The notes beneath the pieces were generated by a model. It searched no databases, was not told the origin of the DNA, and saw nothing but the letters and a program-made list of their open reading frames with translations. A stretch of 64,000 nt of DNA, taken from the NCBI RefSeq assembly GCF_947568905.1, contig NC_079169.1:84258001-84322000 (forward strand), in the 5' to 3' direction. Source of the DNA: Ostrea edulis (Eukaryota). The position numbers and the translations under genes were made by a program. Positions 47,488 to 59,662 of this stretch are shown here, in pieces. How positions within the stretch are numbered: the first letter of the stretch is position 1; each line of letters opens with the position of its first letter.

Positions 47488-50400
47488 ACTTACTTACTTA
47501 ATCCACTTCGTCCCATGGGGGACATAGGGCAACCACAGTAGCTTTCCACTTTTTTCTGTCTTGGGCTATTCTTTTGGTTTCTCCCCATGTTTTATTGATG
47601 GCCTGTAGCTCTGCATTGATCCCTCTACGCCATGTGTTTTTCGGTCTGTCTCTCTTACGTTTGCCTTGTGGATTCCATTCTAGAGCTTGTTTAGTTATGT
47701 TGGTGTTAGGTTTTCTTAAGGTGTGTCCAATCCACTTCCATCTTCTTGTTTTAATTGTTATCTCAATTGGTTCTTGTTTGGTTCTTTTCCACAGTTCTTT
47801 GTTACTAATCGTATCTGACCATCTCGCACCAAGGATGTTTCTTAGACAGCGGTTTAAGAAGACTTGGAGTGCCTTGATGGATGCTGATGTTTCTCTCCAA
47901 GTTTCGGACCCATTGAGAAGGACAGATTTGACATTAGAGTTGAAAAGCCTTAGTTTGGTACTAGTTCTCAAGGTGGTGCTTCTCCAGACTGGTTTTAACA
48001 TGGCAAAGACTTGTTGAGCTTTCCTTTTCCGAGCTTTTATGTCTTCGTCGGTTCCACCTGTAGTGCTGATGATACTGCCCAGGTATGTGAATTCTTCTAT
48101 ATTTTCTACTTCTTTGTGTCTTATTTGTAGTTTCTCTGTCTGAGCAGTGTTTATTTTCATTATCTTTGTCTTTACTGGATTGATTAGAAGGCCTGTTTGT
48201 CTTGTTGTTGATTCAAGACTGATGGTCTGTTCTTTTGCGTCTTGAAATCAATGTGATAGCATACATATATCGTCAGCAAAGTCAAGATCTTCCAGGCGGT
48301 TTTGCATTGTCCACTGTATACCTTTTGGGTTTTTATATGTTGTTTTAGTTACCCGGTCTATAACCATCAAGAATAGGGGAGGGGACAGGAGACAACCTTG
48401 CCTTACACCAGTAGTGACATCAAACGGATCGGTCAGGTTTCCATCATGAACTATTTGGCAGTTATATCCATCATAAAGCTGTTGAATGATAGAGATGATT
48501 TTATGAGGTATGCCATAGTGTTTGAGAATATCCCACAGTACCTGGTGGTCGATACTGTCAAATGCCTTTTTGAAGTCTACAAAGATCATATAAAGAGATG
48601 TTTGCCATTCAATTGTCTGTTCTACTACGATTCTTAAGGTTGCTATCTGGTCTACACAGGAACGCTCTTGTCTAAATCCTGCTTGTTCATCTCTAAGCAT
48701 TTTGTCTAATTTTGCTTTAATTCGATAGAGTATGACATAACATAGGATTTTGCTTGGAATGGATAACAGGGTGATCCCTCTCCAGTTCTTACATGAGGAA
48801 AGGTCACCTTTCTTTGGGAGTTTAATAAGGAGTCCTTTTCGCCAATCATCTGGAATTTGTTCTTCCTTCCAGATTCTGTTTATCAGGCGGTGAAGGGCCT
48901 CAACTAAAATATAGTCCATGGCTTAATTGCCTCTGGTGGAATGTTATCAACTCCTCCTGATTTCCCATTTTTAATATGTTTTATTGCTCTATTTATTTCA
49001 TCTCTTGTACCTTCTTCAATATTTATGTCTAGTGGTTGCCCCGCTTCTGTATCAGGTGGATTCGTCGGTGGTGGTCTATTTAGTACTTCCTGAAAATGTT
49101 CTTTTCATCTCTTAAGTTGTTCTTCAATCTTGGTTATTACATTTCCGTTTTTATCCTTTACCGGTGTATTGGTAGTGGGTGGTTTACCACTCAGCTGTCT
49201 GGTGATGTTATAGAGAGTTTTGATGTATCCTTTACTACATGCTGTTTCTGTCTCTTGTGCTAGATGTTCTGCATACTTTCTTTTGTCTTTTTTACAATTA
49301 TTCTTCACCTCCTGATCTTTTTGGGTGTAGTTCTCCTGTGATTGACGTGTTTGGTGTCTGGTTGTAGCTCTTACCACTTTCTCTTTAGCTTGCCTCCGTT
49401 CCTCTACTCTAGCCTAAGTGTCATCTGACATCCAATGTTTACGTTTGTTTTGGACATAACCTATGGTTTCTTCACATGTTTGTATAATGGCATTCTTAGT
49501 TTTCTCCCATATAGCATTAATATCTTGGTCTTCCTCTTCGATCGGTAAAACAGAGAATCTGTTTTGTACGGTTATTTGATAGTTTTGTTTTGTAGAAGGT
49601 TCCTTTAGTTTTGCAACATTAAACTTTTTCCTCTTTGGTTCTGTTTTTTTTCTTTGATAGCAGCTTTAGTTTGATGGTAGCCATTAGTAAGTGATGGTCT
49701 GATGCAGCATCGGCACCTCTTTTGTTTCTAACATCCTGCAGTGATGATCTCCATCTGTGTGATATAGCAATTTGGTCTATTTGGTTCTCTGCATTTCCTG
49801 CTGGTGATACCCATGTGGTCTTGTGGCAGGTTTTGTGTGGGAAGAATGTTCCTCCTATCATTAATTTATTGACTGCACAGAAGTCTGCAAATAACTCTCC
49901 ATTTTCGTTCATATTTCCTATTCCATGTGGTCCAATCTCTGTCTCCCTCCCTACTCTATCTGATCCTACCTTTGCATTTAGGTCACCCATGATGATAAGG
50001 ATGTCACGCTTTGGTGTTTTATCTACTGTGGCTTGCAATGCACTGTAGAAATCATCTTTTTCAGATTCTTCAGCCTCATTAGTTGGAGCATAGACTTGTA
50101 TGATGATGGTTTTCTGGAATTTTGTGTCGAATCTTGCTGTAACTATTCTTTGTGAAACAGGATTCCACTCTAACAGTGCTTTCTTTGATGTTTTGTTGAG
50201 TAAGGATCCAACTCCTTTCTCATGTGGATCATTTATGTTTAGATTTCCAGAATATACGATGGTGTGGCCTGTGCTTATTGTTGTTATACCAGATGTGTTC
50301 CATCTAACTTCACTTAAGCCTAGTACATATGTATTTCAATGTTGTATCTATCCATTTCTTTAGCTACTTGGACACACTTACCACTTTGATATAGCGTGCG

Positions 50401-51050
50401 GATGTTCCAGCACGCAATTTTTGCGGGATGTTTTGGTGAGAACAACTTTCTCGGCTTTCGCTTCATTCGTTGAACTCGTGTTTGGGGGGTTTGGTTTACC
50501 TCTATCTCTAGTCTTTGACGAGTAAGAGGATTTGCTTCTATGGTTGTTTCTGTAACCGATTTTATCCACTGATGGGGGGTTGGCCCTTCAGCTTCACCTT
50601 ATCCCTTAGTTTGACAGATTGTCACCCCACAAATTCCATATCTTTCGATATAGGGTTGGATTTTGAAACCTGCAGAGTAGATTTTACATCAGAGTCTCTT
50701 TCTCCTAGACTGGTTGCCGACCATGGCTATTGAGTCCTGTCTACCAATGTTTTGAATGCTGTGAACAACTAACGGCTTTCAACACCGGGTTTGAAATCAG
50801 AGTTTTCCTTCTCTTAGATGAATTGCCTTCCAAGGCTGAGGAGCTCCATCCACCCCAAGCACTGGTTTTAAGGCGCCAGGGTCTCGCCTTTGCCCCTTCT
50901 CCTGTTCGTTGAAACATTTCCAACACGAGAAGGTCAGGAGCTTGACTTTGGTTGTCAGAGGCTATATTTTACGCATGCCCATAGAAGCACTTATTTGAAA
51001 CTGGGTGCTGATCTCCAGTATCACCCCTAGGCATAACAACCTTAGGAACC
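47488..51050 (-). mobile_element. Full-length RTE-clade LINE (APE + RT), frameshifted
   Basis: Minus-strand ORF pieces: APE (IMGDLNAKVG, NQIDQIAIS, SDHHLL) 49619-50038; RT (WRGITLLS, QAGFR, FVDFKKAFDSI, GVRQGCLLSP, FADDI) 48248-48919; C-terminus 47498-48160. (TAAG)n 3' tail; 14 bp TSD aaaccc(t/g)acaatgt at 47474-47487 and 51051-51064; empty site in copy 1 at ~7448. Confidence 0.93.
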
Positions 51051-51252
51051 AAACCCGACAATGTGTGAAGTACTATTTATCAGTGACGTAACACCCCCAA
51101 TATGACGTAGGTCATGACGTGTAACAACTTTTTCAAAGCTTGTAAAGTCTCAGGCTGTTAAGACCTGTTTCATTCTTGGTCCAAGAATAGACACTATCGT
51201 ATCAGTGTAAGATCAACCTTCCACACAGTTTTAACTTTGATTATATTTCACA

Positions 51253-52885
51253 ATGTATGCCCAGACGGACGAAAGAAAGGCATTTTTCGAAAAAGTGCAC
51301 GAAGAAGCAAGGAATACAGGGGAAAAGGGATTGGGAGCAATAAGTTTTCTTGTTAGACTCAAAGGGCAAATTTTTAAGAAATATCCTCTTCCAACAAGCA
51401 TACCTAATATCCCAACTTCGAATATTCGAAAAGATGCTGTTTCCTCAGAGCTTTATCCAAATGATGCTCCTTCTGAGCTTATCCCGATTAAGATATATGG
51501 TGATGGGAATTGTTTATTCAGAACTCTCTCTTTTTTGTGTTTGGACATGAGGACAATTTTAAGGAAATGAGGGTACGAATTGTGTTTGAACTTGTTTCAA
51601 ACCTGAAGCGCTACACGAATGAAAACACTTTTGTGACCATGTCCACAAACAAAAGTTCACTTCAATATGTCTTTGAAAGTTCCCTGTCAGAAGAGTGTTT
51701 AATTACTGGTGATTTGATTGCTTCGTTACAAAAGGAAGCAATAAAAACAACCCAGAACGGTTACTATTCAAGCCTTTTACATATGTTCGTAGCTTCTAAC
51801 GTTTTGCAGAAACCAATCATGTCGATTTTCCCCGAGGTGCAAAACCCTGGTGTAAACAGACAAGATCATAATCAGCTTATTGTTTCTTTTGACCGTGCTG
51901 ATGCTAAAGAATATCAGGATGATATTCACATCATTTGGACTCAAACAATTGCTACAAAAATAGATGGTTGGACACCTAATCATTTTGTTGCCTGTATTTA
52001 CAAGCATGAGGAACCTCTTTCAAAGCGTTCGAGGTTATCCTTTGAGGATTCTGAACCTCATCGCTCATTTGAACCAAAACAATCACAGGATAGTCCTTCC
52101 CCACTCTTGGAGTCTAACACAAATGAGGAGTCTATTGAAACAGGTAAATTGGGGGAAACTGCAAACAAAGAAACAGACAAACATGTTAAGGTTGCTTCCT
52201 TTATTGATTCTTCTTCTTCAGAAGATGATATCTCAGAAATACCAGTTCAAAAGGCCCAGGTTGTACATGAAAAATGGCATACACCAGAGATCGGTAGTAC
52301 TCCAAATCAGCCACGGAATATTTTCTTTCCAGCAAAAAAGTTTGGTAAAAAGATGAGATCTTTCAATGCCTCCTGGTTTGATCGGTGGTCTTGGTTACAT
52401 TATGTAGAAATCAAATATGTTGTATTCTGTTTTCCTTGCATAAAATCATTTCAGAAGAAGACTCTCAGTTGTCACAAGAAAGAAAAAGCTTTCATATCAA
52501 GAGGTTTTAAAAACTCGAAAAAAGCAACCACAAAATTCGCCGCACACGAGAAAAGTGATTGCCATAAAGAGGCAATGGAAAGGGAGTTTACGATAAAGGA
52601 TGAGGTTAAAGATGTTGGAGAATGTCTTTCAAAGACGCACGAAGTCGAGAAGAAGTCTAACAGAGAGAATTTGCTTAAAATCACAAACATTTTGAAGTTT
52701 CTTGCTCGACAAGGAATTGCTCTTCGGGGTGAACTTTAATCAACTTCTCATGCTAGAGGCTAAACGCGATCCCCAGCTTCAGGAATGGCTACAACGCAAG
52801 AAAAATAAGTATGTTGCTCCAGATATACAAAATTAAATTTTGCAGGTGATGGGGTTGCAGGTTTTGCGACAAATTGTTGCTTTCA
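51253..52885 (+). mobile_element. hAT transposase copy 2, OTU/vertnin-like domain plus TTF Zn finger, 3'-truncated
   Basis: ORF 51253-51570 carries IYGDGNCLFR. ORF 51510-52739 runs in one frame from EMRVRIVFELV through WTPNHFV to the Zn finger and LKFLARQGIALRG. Homology to copy 1 stops at 52885. Confidence 0.85.
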
Positions 52886-52919
52886 AAAACTGATCTCACA
52901 ATGGGTTTTTTTTTTTATC

Positions 52920-54231
52920 ATGATGAGACTGTTATTTGTCTTCCTTGTCATGTTTATTATCTTAAAGGAAACACATTTTGAAACAAAAGTTAAAACCATC
53001 TGTACACAGACAGGATGTTCGTCATCTGCAGAAGAAAAAAATGGTAATATATGAAATTGAGAATATTCAAAATAAATCAAAATGAAAATTAGTATTCTTA
53101 AAACAAAATAATACATATGCATATAATATACCGAACAATCTTGATTTATGCAAATCTTATCAAAAAAAATTATTTATATTGTTTGTAATAAACTAAAACC
53201 ATATAGATATAGACATTTGAGAATTAATCGAACTGATAACAAATTGCGGTACCTTGATCTAACGAATGAATGCCAAGCATTTATCACAAAAAGATACAGA
53301 ATAGAAAAGTGCACAAGTGAATGATTTACAACATGTTATACAGAGAATGACAGGGAATGTCCCAAGGACTGGAAAAAATTCTCAGGAAACTGTTATAGGC
53401 TTCTGTCGGACAAAAAGAACTGGGTTTCAGCAAAGGTAAAAACTAATTATATAAACCTGTTCAATGATAAATTCATTGGTTTTCTGATAAGAACTGTTGC
53501 GAAGCTACACATATCACAAAATCAATGTAAATACATTACATATGTGAAATCGTTGTATGATTTTGTATAAATATAGGATCCCCCATGGTTTGTGGTTTGA
53601 TTTTTATTCAACGAGTTGTGTGTTTTCTATCCCCAAACCTTGGTAGTTGATATATATAGCTGTTCTTTTTTTTTTCTATCTTGCAACACCAGAGCGCATG
53701 CAAATCGTTCAAGGCAAATTTGGCTGACATAACATCAAAAAGTGAAAATCTATGGATTCATAAGACATTCAAAGGTACTTATTCTTTTTATAAATTTTAT
53801 CTAATTATCAAAATATTATTACATGTAACATTATAGGATATCTTAATACCAATGGCATCGTAAACATTTATCTCTAATGCCCAGACAGCATTTACTTTCT
53901 GAACTAATTATCCTATAATGTTAAAAGAATCCTCAGCAGTAATAACTTTAATCCAATTTATCTTAGAAAACATATGCCTTAACATTTAGTCTGATTTACA
54001 GATTTAAAAGAGATCGCTTGGATTGGCGCTGCAGACATAACAAAGGAGGGGGAGTGGAGGTGGTCCTCCTCTGGAAAGGTGTTGACGTATAATGCTTGGG
54101 GTAAAGGACAACCCGACAATGCAGGAGGCAAAGAAGATTGTGCGTATGTTTATGAACATAAAGGAAAACTTGTTTGGAATGATCAAACATGCAGTGACAA
54201 ATTTCGATTTTTGTGCAAGAAAAAGGCATAA
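52920..54231 (+). CDS. Secreted C-type lectin (perlucin-like), 4 exons, ~175 aa, intact
   Basis: Exons 52920-53043, 53344-53435, 53693-53774 and 54002-54231 join in frame (528 nt): MMRLLFVFLVMFIILK (signal-like)..CPKDWKKFSGNCY..NWVSAKSACK..WIGA..EGEWRW..QPDN..EDCA..WNDQTC..FLCKKKA*. Confidence 0.85.
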
Positions 54232-54337
54232 AACAAGGTGAAGGAACAATTCATATCACTAGGTATATAATATTTCGAATCTGATAATCCATTTTAAAGA
54301 CTGTCAACAATCAAGAAATCACTTCCATGTGTTAATG

Positions 54338-54473
54338 CAAGGTGAAGATAACGAACAGTGATCAATCTCACAACTCCTACAAGCAATACAAAATAGATAG
54401 TTGCGCAAACACGGACCCCTGGACACACCAGAGGTGGGATCAGGTGCCTAGGAGGAGTAAGCATCCCCTGTTA
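54338..54473 (-). mobile_element. Isolated 3'-terminal segment of the adjacent Penelope-like element
   Basis: Near-identical to 54957-55090. Confidence 0.7.
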
Positions 54474-54954
54474 ATAAATCAAAATATATACCGTTTAGAG
54501 CGATAACATAGCGACATTAATGAAATAGATCAAATTAAACATATATTCATTTGATAATGTCTATCAATGAGTATAGCATTAACAAATTTCATTCTTTCTA
54601 CAGGATGAGTGTCGAAGTTCAAAATTGTCTTGGAACTAAATTGTAAATTAAAACTTGTAACACCAAATACCTAATTGTGTCTTTTATTTGCTGTAGTGAC
54701 AATACTATTGTTTTTGACTTGGTAAAACCACATCTACAGTGGGTGATACCAGAATATGAATGAGATGTTCTTGAAGAAGTGTAGAGTTGAAAAATTGATT
54801 GAATTGAATAACACTAAGAGTTGAAGCATATGCACCTTCCCTTAAGTAATAGGAATGCTATTAAAAGTATAGTATCTAACACGGCTCGTATGATCAACGT
54901 AAATTCTGTTGCACTGCTGGAGGTATGAAATTTGCCAAAGAAATTCGTTTTAAA

Positions 54955-56088
54955 ACAAAGGTTAAGATAACAAACAGTGATCAATTTCATAACTCCTATA
55001 AGCAATACAAAATAGATAGTTGGGCAAATACGGACCCCTGGACACACCAGAGGTGGGATCAGGTGCCTAGGAGGAGTAAGCATCCCCTGTCGACCGGTCA
55101 CACCCGCCGTGAGCCCTATATCCTGATCAGGTAAACGGAGTTATGCGTAGTCAAAATCAGTGTACCAAGAACGACCTAACTATCGGTATGAAACACGTCA
55201 GACAGCATTTGACCCAATGATATGTTGTATTGACGAACTGGATCGTTATAACGATCATAGAATTTGTGAAATACTGACTTCAATCGAGACTGTTGAAACC
55301 CCTGTATCATCAACTTGTTTGTCAGTAGCTTGTCTCGATTTAAAAACTGACTATACGCAGAACAAGCTCTTGCGTATCGAATCAGTTGAGAGATATAAAC
55401 ACCATATGCAGGTGATAATGGAATATTGCTACATAAATATGGGAAGTTGACAATGAATAAGCTGAAATCATCCCGTTTGTCATACAGTTGACTTGTCAGT
55501 TTGCCGTTGATGTCTACTCTCAAAAAAATATCTAAGTATGAAGCAGAAGTGGACGAATCTGTGGTGTCTTTTATTTCGAGCTCACAGGGATAAATCGAAT
55601 TGACACTAGAATGAAAGTTATTATTGTTAATAGACAAACCGTCGTCGATATATTTAGATGTCGAATTGAAGGCCACAGCAAGAGATTTTTTCTTCTCACG
55701 TAGAAGTTTTTTAATAAATTCTGCTTCATATGAATATTGAAACAGGTCAGCTAACAAAGGAGCACAATTTGTGCCCATGGGAATTCCAACAGATTGTTGG
55801 AAGACCTGATCACCAAAGACCACGAAATTATTGTCAATGAGGAACTCTAGCATATTTTTTATTTCAACTTCAGAGTACTTGTTCGTGGAATCAGAGTGGT
55901 GTTTCATAAAGTAAGTTTTTGAATGACTGATCACTAGATATGAATATTTCCTTTTTCCATTTTTGTTGAAGGTTGTCTATGATGTCAAAAAGTCTAGTCT
56001 TTAATTTATCGTGAGAAATGGTCGTGTATAGTGTTGAAAAGTCATAGGTTTTGATGTGCTTGATTTGTGAAAAGTTTTGCGATTTCAA
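54955..56088 (-). mobile_element. Penelope-like element RT, 5'-truncated; RT ends the ORF (Naiad-type layout)
   Basis: KTYDFSTLYT (55891-56088); GIPMGTNCAPLLADLF, YIDD and YDKRDDF..SNIP..AYGVYISQLIRYARAC (55176-55934); stop directly after the thumb, then a 3' repeat. Confidence 0.8.
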
Positions 56089-56115
56089 GTTTACTAAAAA
56101 AAAATTAGAATAAGT

Positions 56116-56400
56116 CTAAGTATGAAACAAATCAGACAGCATTTGATTTAATGAGAGGTTGTATTGGCAAACTAGATTGTTATAATGACCATAGAATTTG
56201 CGAAATGCTGACTTTAATAGAGACTGTTGAAACCCCTGCACCATCAACTTGTATGTCAGTACCATGCCTCGATTTAAAAACAGGTCATAGTCAGAACAAG
56301 TTCTTGCGTATCGAATCATTTGAGAGATATAAACACCATATGCAGGTGATAACAGAATATTGCTACATAAAATATGGGAAGTTGATATAAACTTATCTAC
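56116..56400 (-). mobile_element. Second, more degenerate fragment of the same PLE RT C-terminus
   Basis: ILCSNILLSPAYGVYISQMIRYARTCS..FRKFYGHY. Confidence 0.75.
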
Positions 56401-56842
56401 TGGGTTGGTAAGTATGAATATCAAGAAAGATTTTTAACGAGCAGTTTCGAGGAGAGAAGTGCTATATTTCTAATAAACCTTTACACAACAGGCATGGCGG
56501 AATACAAATTCCACAAATATACTTAACGATCCGACAAGGTGTTTCACTTGGTCTGTACTTTTTCATTATCGGTTAATCAATAAGGTGTTGTGCTTTGCTA
56601 AAATATTGAATGTCAACATTAAAAGCACGACATCTACTCTTGTTCAGTTGAAAAATATGGACGATTGACAAGACTGATTGAAAACTATGATACTACAGGG
56701 ATTAGATTATATGATGTTTTTTGTTATATGAGATTCATAGAAATTGAGAACTATTTCAAACATATGAGACATATTTGAGATATCTCTTAAAGGGGCATTA
56801 GTTGTGAAAGTGATGGCAACCTTTTTTTTTCTCAAAATCTCT

Positions 56843-57430
56843 CAATAATAATGATAATAATAAATTTATTTTGTAAAGCGTAACGTCCATATTACTCTAA
56901 ACGCTATTTAAATAACAGTAAAATGAGTTGTATAAGAACAAATGACTAGTAGGTGAAGAAAAGGAGTCCGTTATGATTACACAACATAGTAATCTTGACT
57001 TAGATTTCATCTGACACACTAGTTGTAATGAATTGTAAACAGATGAGTATTCGGTTTAGATTTAAAGATACAGAGACTAGCAGTAGTTCTGATATCATAT
57101 GGTAGAGTATTCCACAGTTTAAGGCCAGCCACACTAAAAGCTCGAGTTTGGATCACAGATGAGGTGGTAAATGGCACTGGTAGGCTTTGATCACTTGACC
57201 GCAGAGTTCTGGAGGGAGCATAGGGTGTTATGAGTTCCTGCAGATAGGATGGAGCCATGTTGTTGACTGTTTTGTACACTAACACCAATATCTTGAAGAT
57301 GACTCTTTGCTGAACTGGCAGCCAATGGAGGGAGCGTAGTACTGGTGTAATGCTGCCATATTTGCGGGTGCCTGAGATGATTCTGGCTGCAGCATTTTGG
57401 ATGGATTGGAGTCACTGGATAATGGCATAG
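56843..57430 (-). mobile_element. L2/CR1-group LINE 3' fragment
   Basis: LVYKTVNNMAPSYLQEL..SRTLRS..RAFSVAGLKLWNTLP..FKSK; minus-strand 3' end gctttacaaaataaatt(tat)n. Confidence 0.75.
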
Positions 57431-59391
57431 CCATATACATTGTATATTAATGACTAATAAAGACATTTATTTTGTACACAAACAAGAGAAATTTTGGATT
57501 TTTTGGATTTAATTAACTCTATGAACTCGTTTATCTTGTTTTACCATTACTGAATTATTATAACAAAATGAATCACCATTAATGATTGCTCCTTCAGGCA
57601 GTTAGTGTTTTAAGGTCACCTTGGCTAACTTTTCCCTACCCACGCCACCGTCTTTCAGAACTTTGATTTCATAAATATGCGGACGATAACAACTGTTGAC
57701 GAGGAGCATTAAAGAAAATATGTTGAGGTTGTTGTGTGTAGGGGATTTGGAATTCTATGATCTGCTGAACTGTATCATGCATACGATTTAAACCATATTT
57801 AAGCATATTTACCCGCTAATCCATATTTGTTTTCTTCGTATTTTAGGAATTCCGCAGCACAGGGAAAACTAACATATTGTCGAGTTAATGCACACAGAAG
57901 GGAGGTAACATGGACCCCCTGAACTTCTTTTTTCTGTGTTGAAGGCCATTTTCAACTGAACCACACATGCAACAAAAGAAGGGTGGCGGATCTAAGTCTG
58001 TATCTCATAAATATTTCGTCCTCGTTCAGTGATTCAAGCGGGTTTCAACGGTCTTGAATACGGCACGGTACCCTCGCACTATTTCGCATTATCATTCGCC
58101 TGCAGCCATTTGTTCTGCGTCGGCCTCAGAGACAGCTACCAACCATCTCAATTTATGTTTAAAATAAAAGCCATACTATTATATTAATGCTCTTCATGTC
58201 AATATTTTCAAACTTTTAACTACGAACTACTTCTTCAGTGTTATTTGCCTGCGTGATAATCGCGGACTCACAATATACAAATCTGTATATTGTACTGCGT
58301 CACATAGGAGAGCAATCGTAACTACTCGGCTATTTCTGTAACCGCAAATGAACCTCGTATGTGGATCGACGCCATCAGAGTTGGTTGTTACGTATACATA
58401 AACGTAACTTTGACGTCACAGTCGTACGTTACACTATGAAACGAGAACTTTCAAATGCATCTAAGATATTATACACATCTAAGGTATTGTACCACTATCA
58501 ATTTCCACTTGCATGTTATGTATTAGAGTGAATGAGACGTTAATGATACCAAAACTGAATCTGTGGTGAAAATATAAATAACATATTATTCAGGGATTCG
58601 GTTCTAGCCTTTTAACACTCATCCATGGGCGCGCTTCCGGCGAAGAAATGCATCGATTTGATGCAATTCTTGCGCCGATCCACGTCCGAGTCTTCTTACC
58701 GGTTACGGAAAAGGACGAGCGCGTGATCCGATTGATAGGAGAGGTCTATTCGTAGGTGACGTAATGAGGCCTCGACGGGAAGTTTGCACTACGTTACGAT
58801 ATGCGGTAAAGTATGAAGCACGAGCTCGAGGACTTAAGTACTAAGGCTAGCAAACTCTGTGTGCGGGAAATATGGTCAAAACGACCCAAGAAAGCATAGT
58901 CATAAAAGCGAGGAAGTGACTAAATACCCTGATTTTGTGGTTCAAACATATCTAGTCGAGCCGTTCCACAGATCTAATATAGCAATAACTTATATTATTC
59001 ATCATGACTATACAGGTACATTTAAGAAATAGAGTACGTGTTGGAGAAACTGAGATTCTTCACGACAGCAAACTGCATAAAGCACGTTAGCGTGGAGCGT
59101 TGTAGGTTTTACCCTCATGTAGATCTACTTTGAAAATTGAAATTAATTTTTTGTATTCATAAGAACTTTCATTTCTGTCGGAATTCCCTGCTTCTTTTTT
59201 AAAAAGACATATTGTCAAGATTGATGCACACATTATTCACAACTGCATCGATTGAGAGTACAATTTTTGACAATTTGGTTTGCATATTATTATTTTTTCC
59301 TCGACGAGCTTGGGTACCCTATATTCAAAGTTCTCTATAATAGTAAATTCGAACCCAAGCGATATTTTAACAGGATGCTTATTCTTTGTGG

Positions 59392-59650
59392 NNNNNNNNN
59401 NNNNNNNNNNNNNNNNNNNNNNNNNNNNNNNNNNNNNNNNNNNNNNNNNNNNNNNNNNNNNNNNNNNNNNNNNNNNNNNNNNNNNNNNNNNNNNNNNNNN
59501 NNNNNNNNNNNNNNNNNNNNNNNNNNNNNNNNNNNNNNNNNNNNNNNNNNNNNNNNNNNNNNNNNNNNNNNNNNNNNNNNNNNNNNNNNNNNNNNNNNNN
59601 NNNNNNNNNNNNNNNNNNNNNNNNNNNNNNNNNNNNNNNNNNNNNNNNNN
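59392..59650. other. Assembly gap (259 N)
   Basis: Run of n. Confidence 1.
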
Positions 59651-59662
59651 GAACAACATTGA

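Larger units (their letters stand above)
37816..52885 (+). repeat. Segmental duplication copy 2 (partner 1-9293) with four extra insertions
   Basis: Colinear with 1-9293 once 44701-44864, 44890-45487, 45616-46875 and 47488-51050 are removed. Confidence 0.95.

Noticed and set aside
1-52885. Duplication as a pure uncollapsed-haplotype artefact
   Set aside because: Not formally excluded without reads, but an allele of a core muscle gene with three stops, lost exons and no 5' end is implausible, and copy 2 has several TSD-flanked private insertions.
57840-59230. CpG-richer segment, possible promoter or DNA transposon
   Set aside because: No ORF, paired TIR or TSD that I could confirm by eye.
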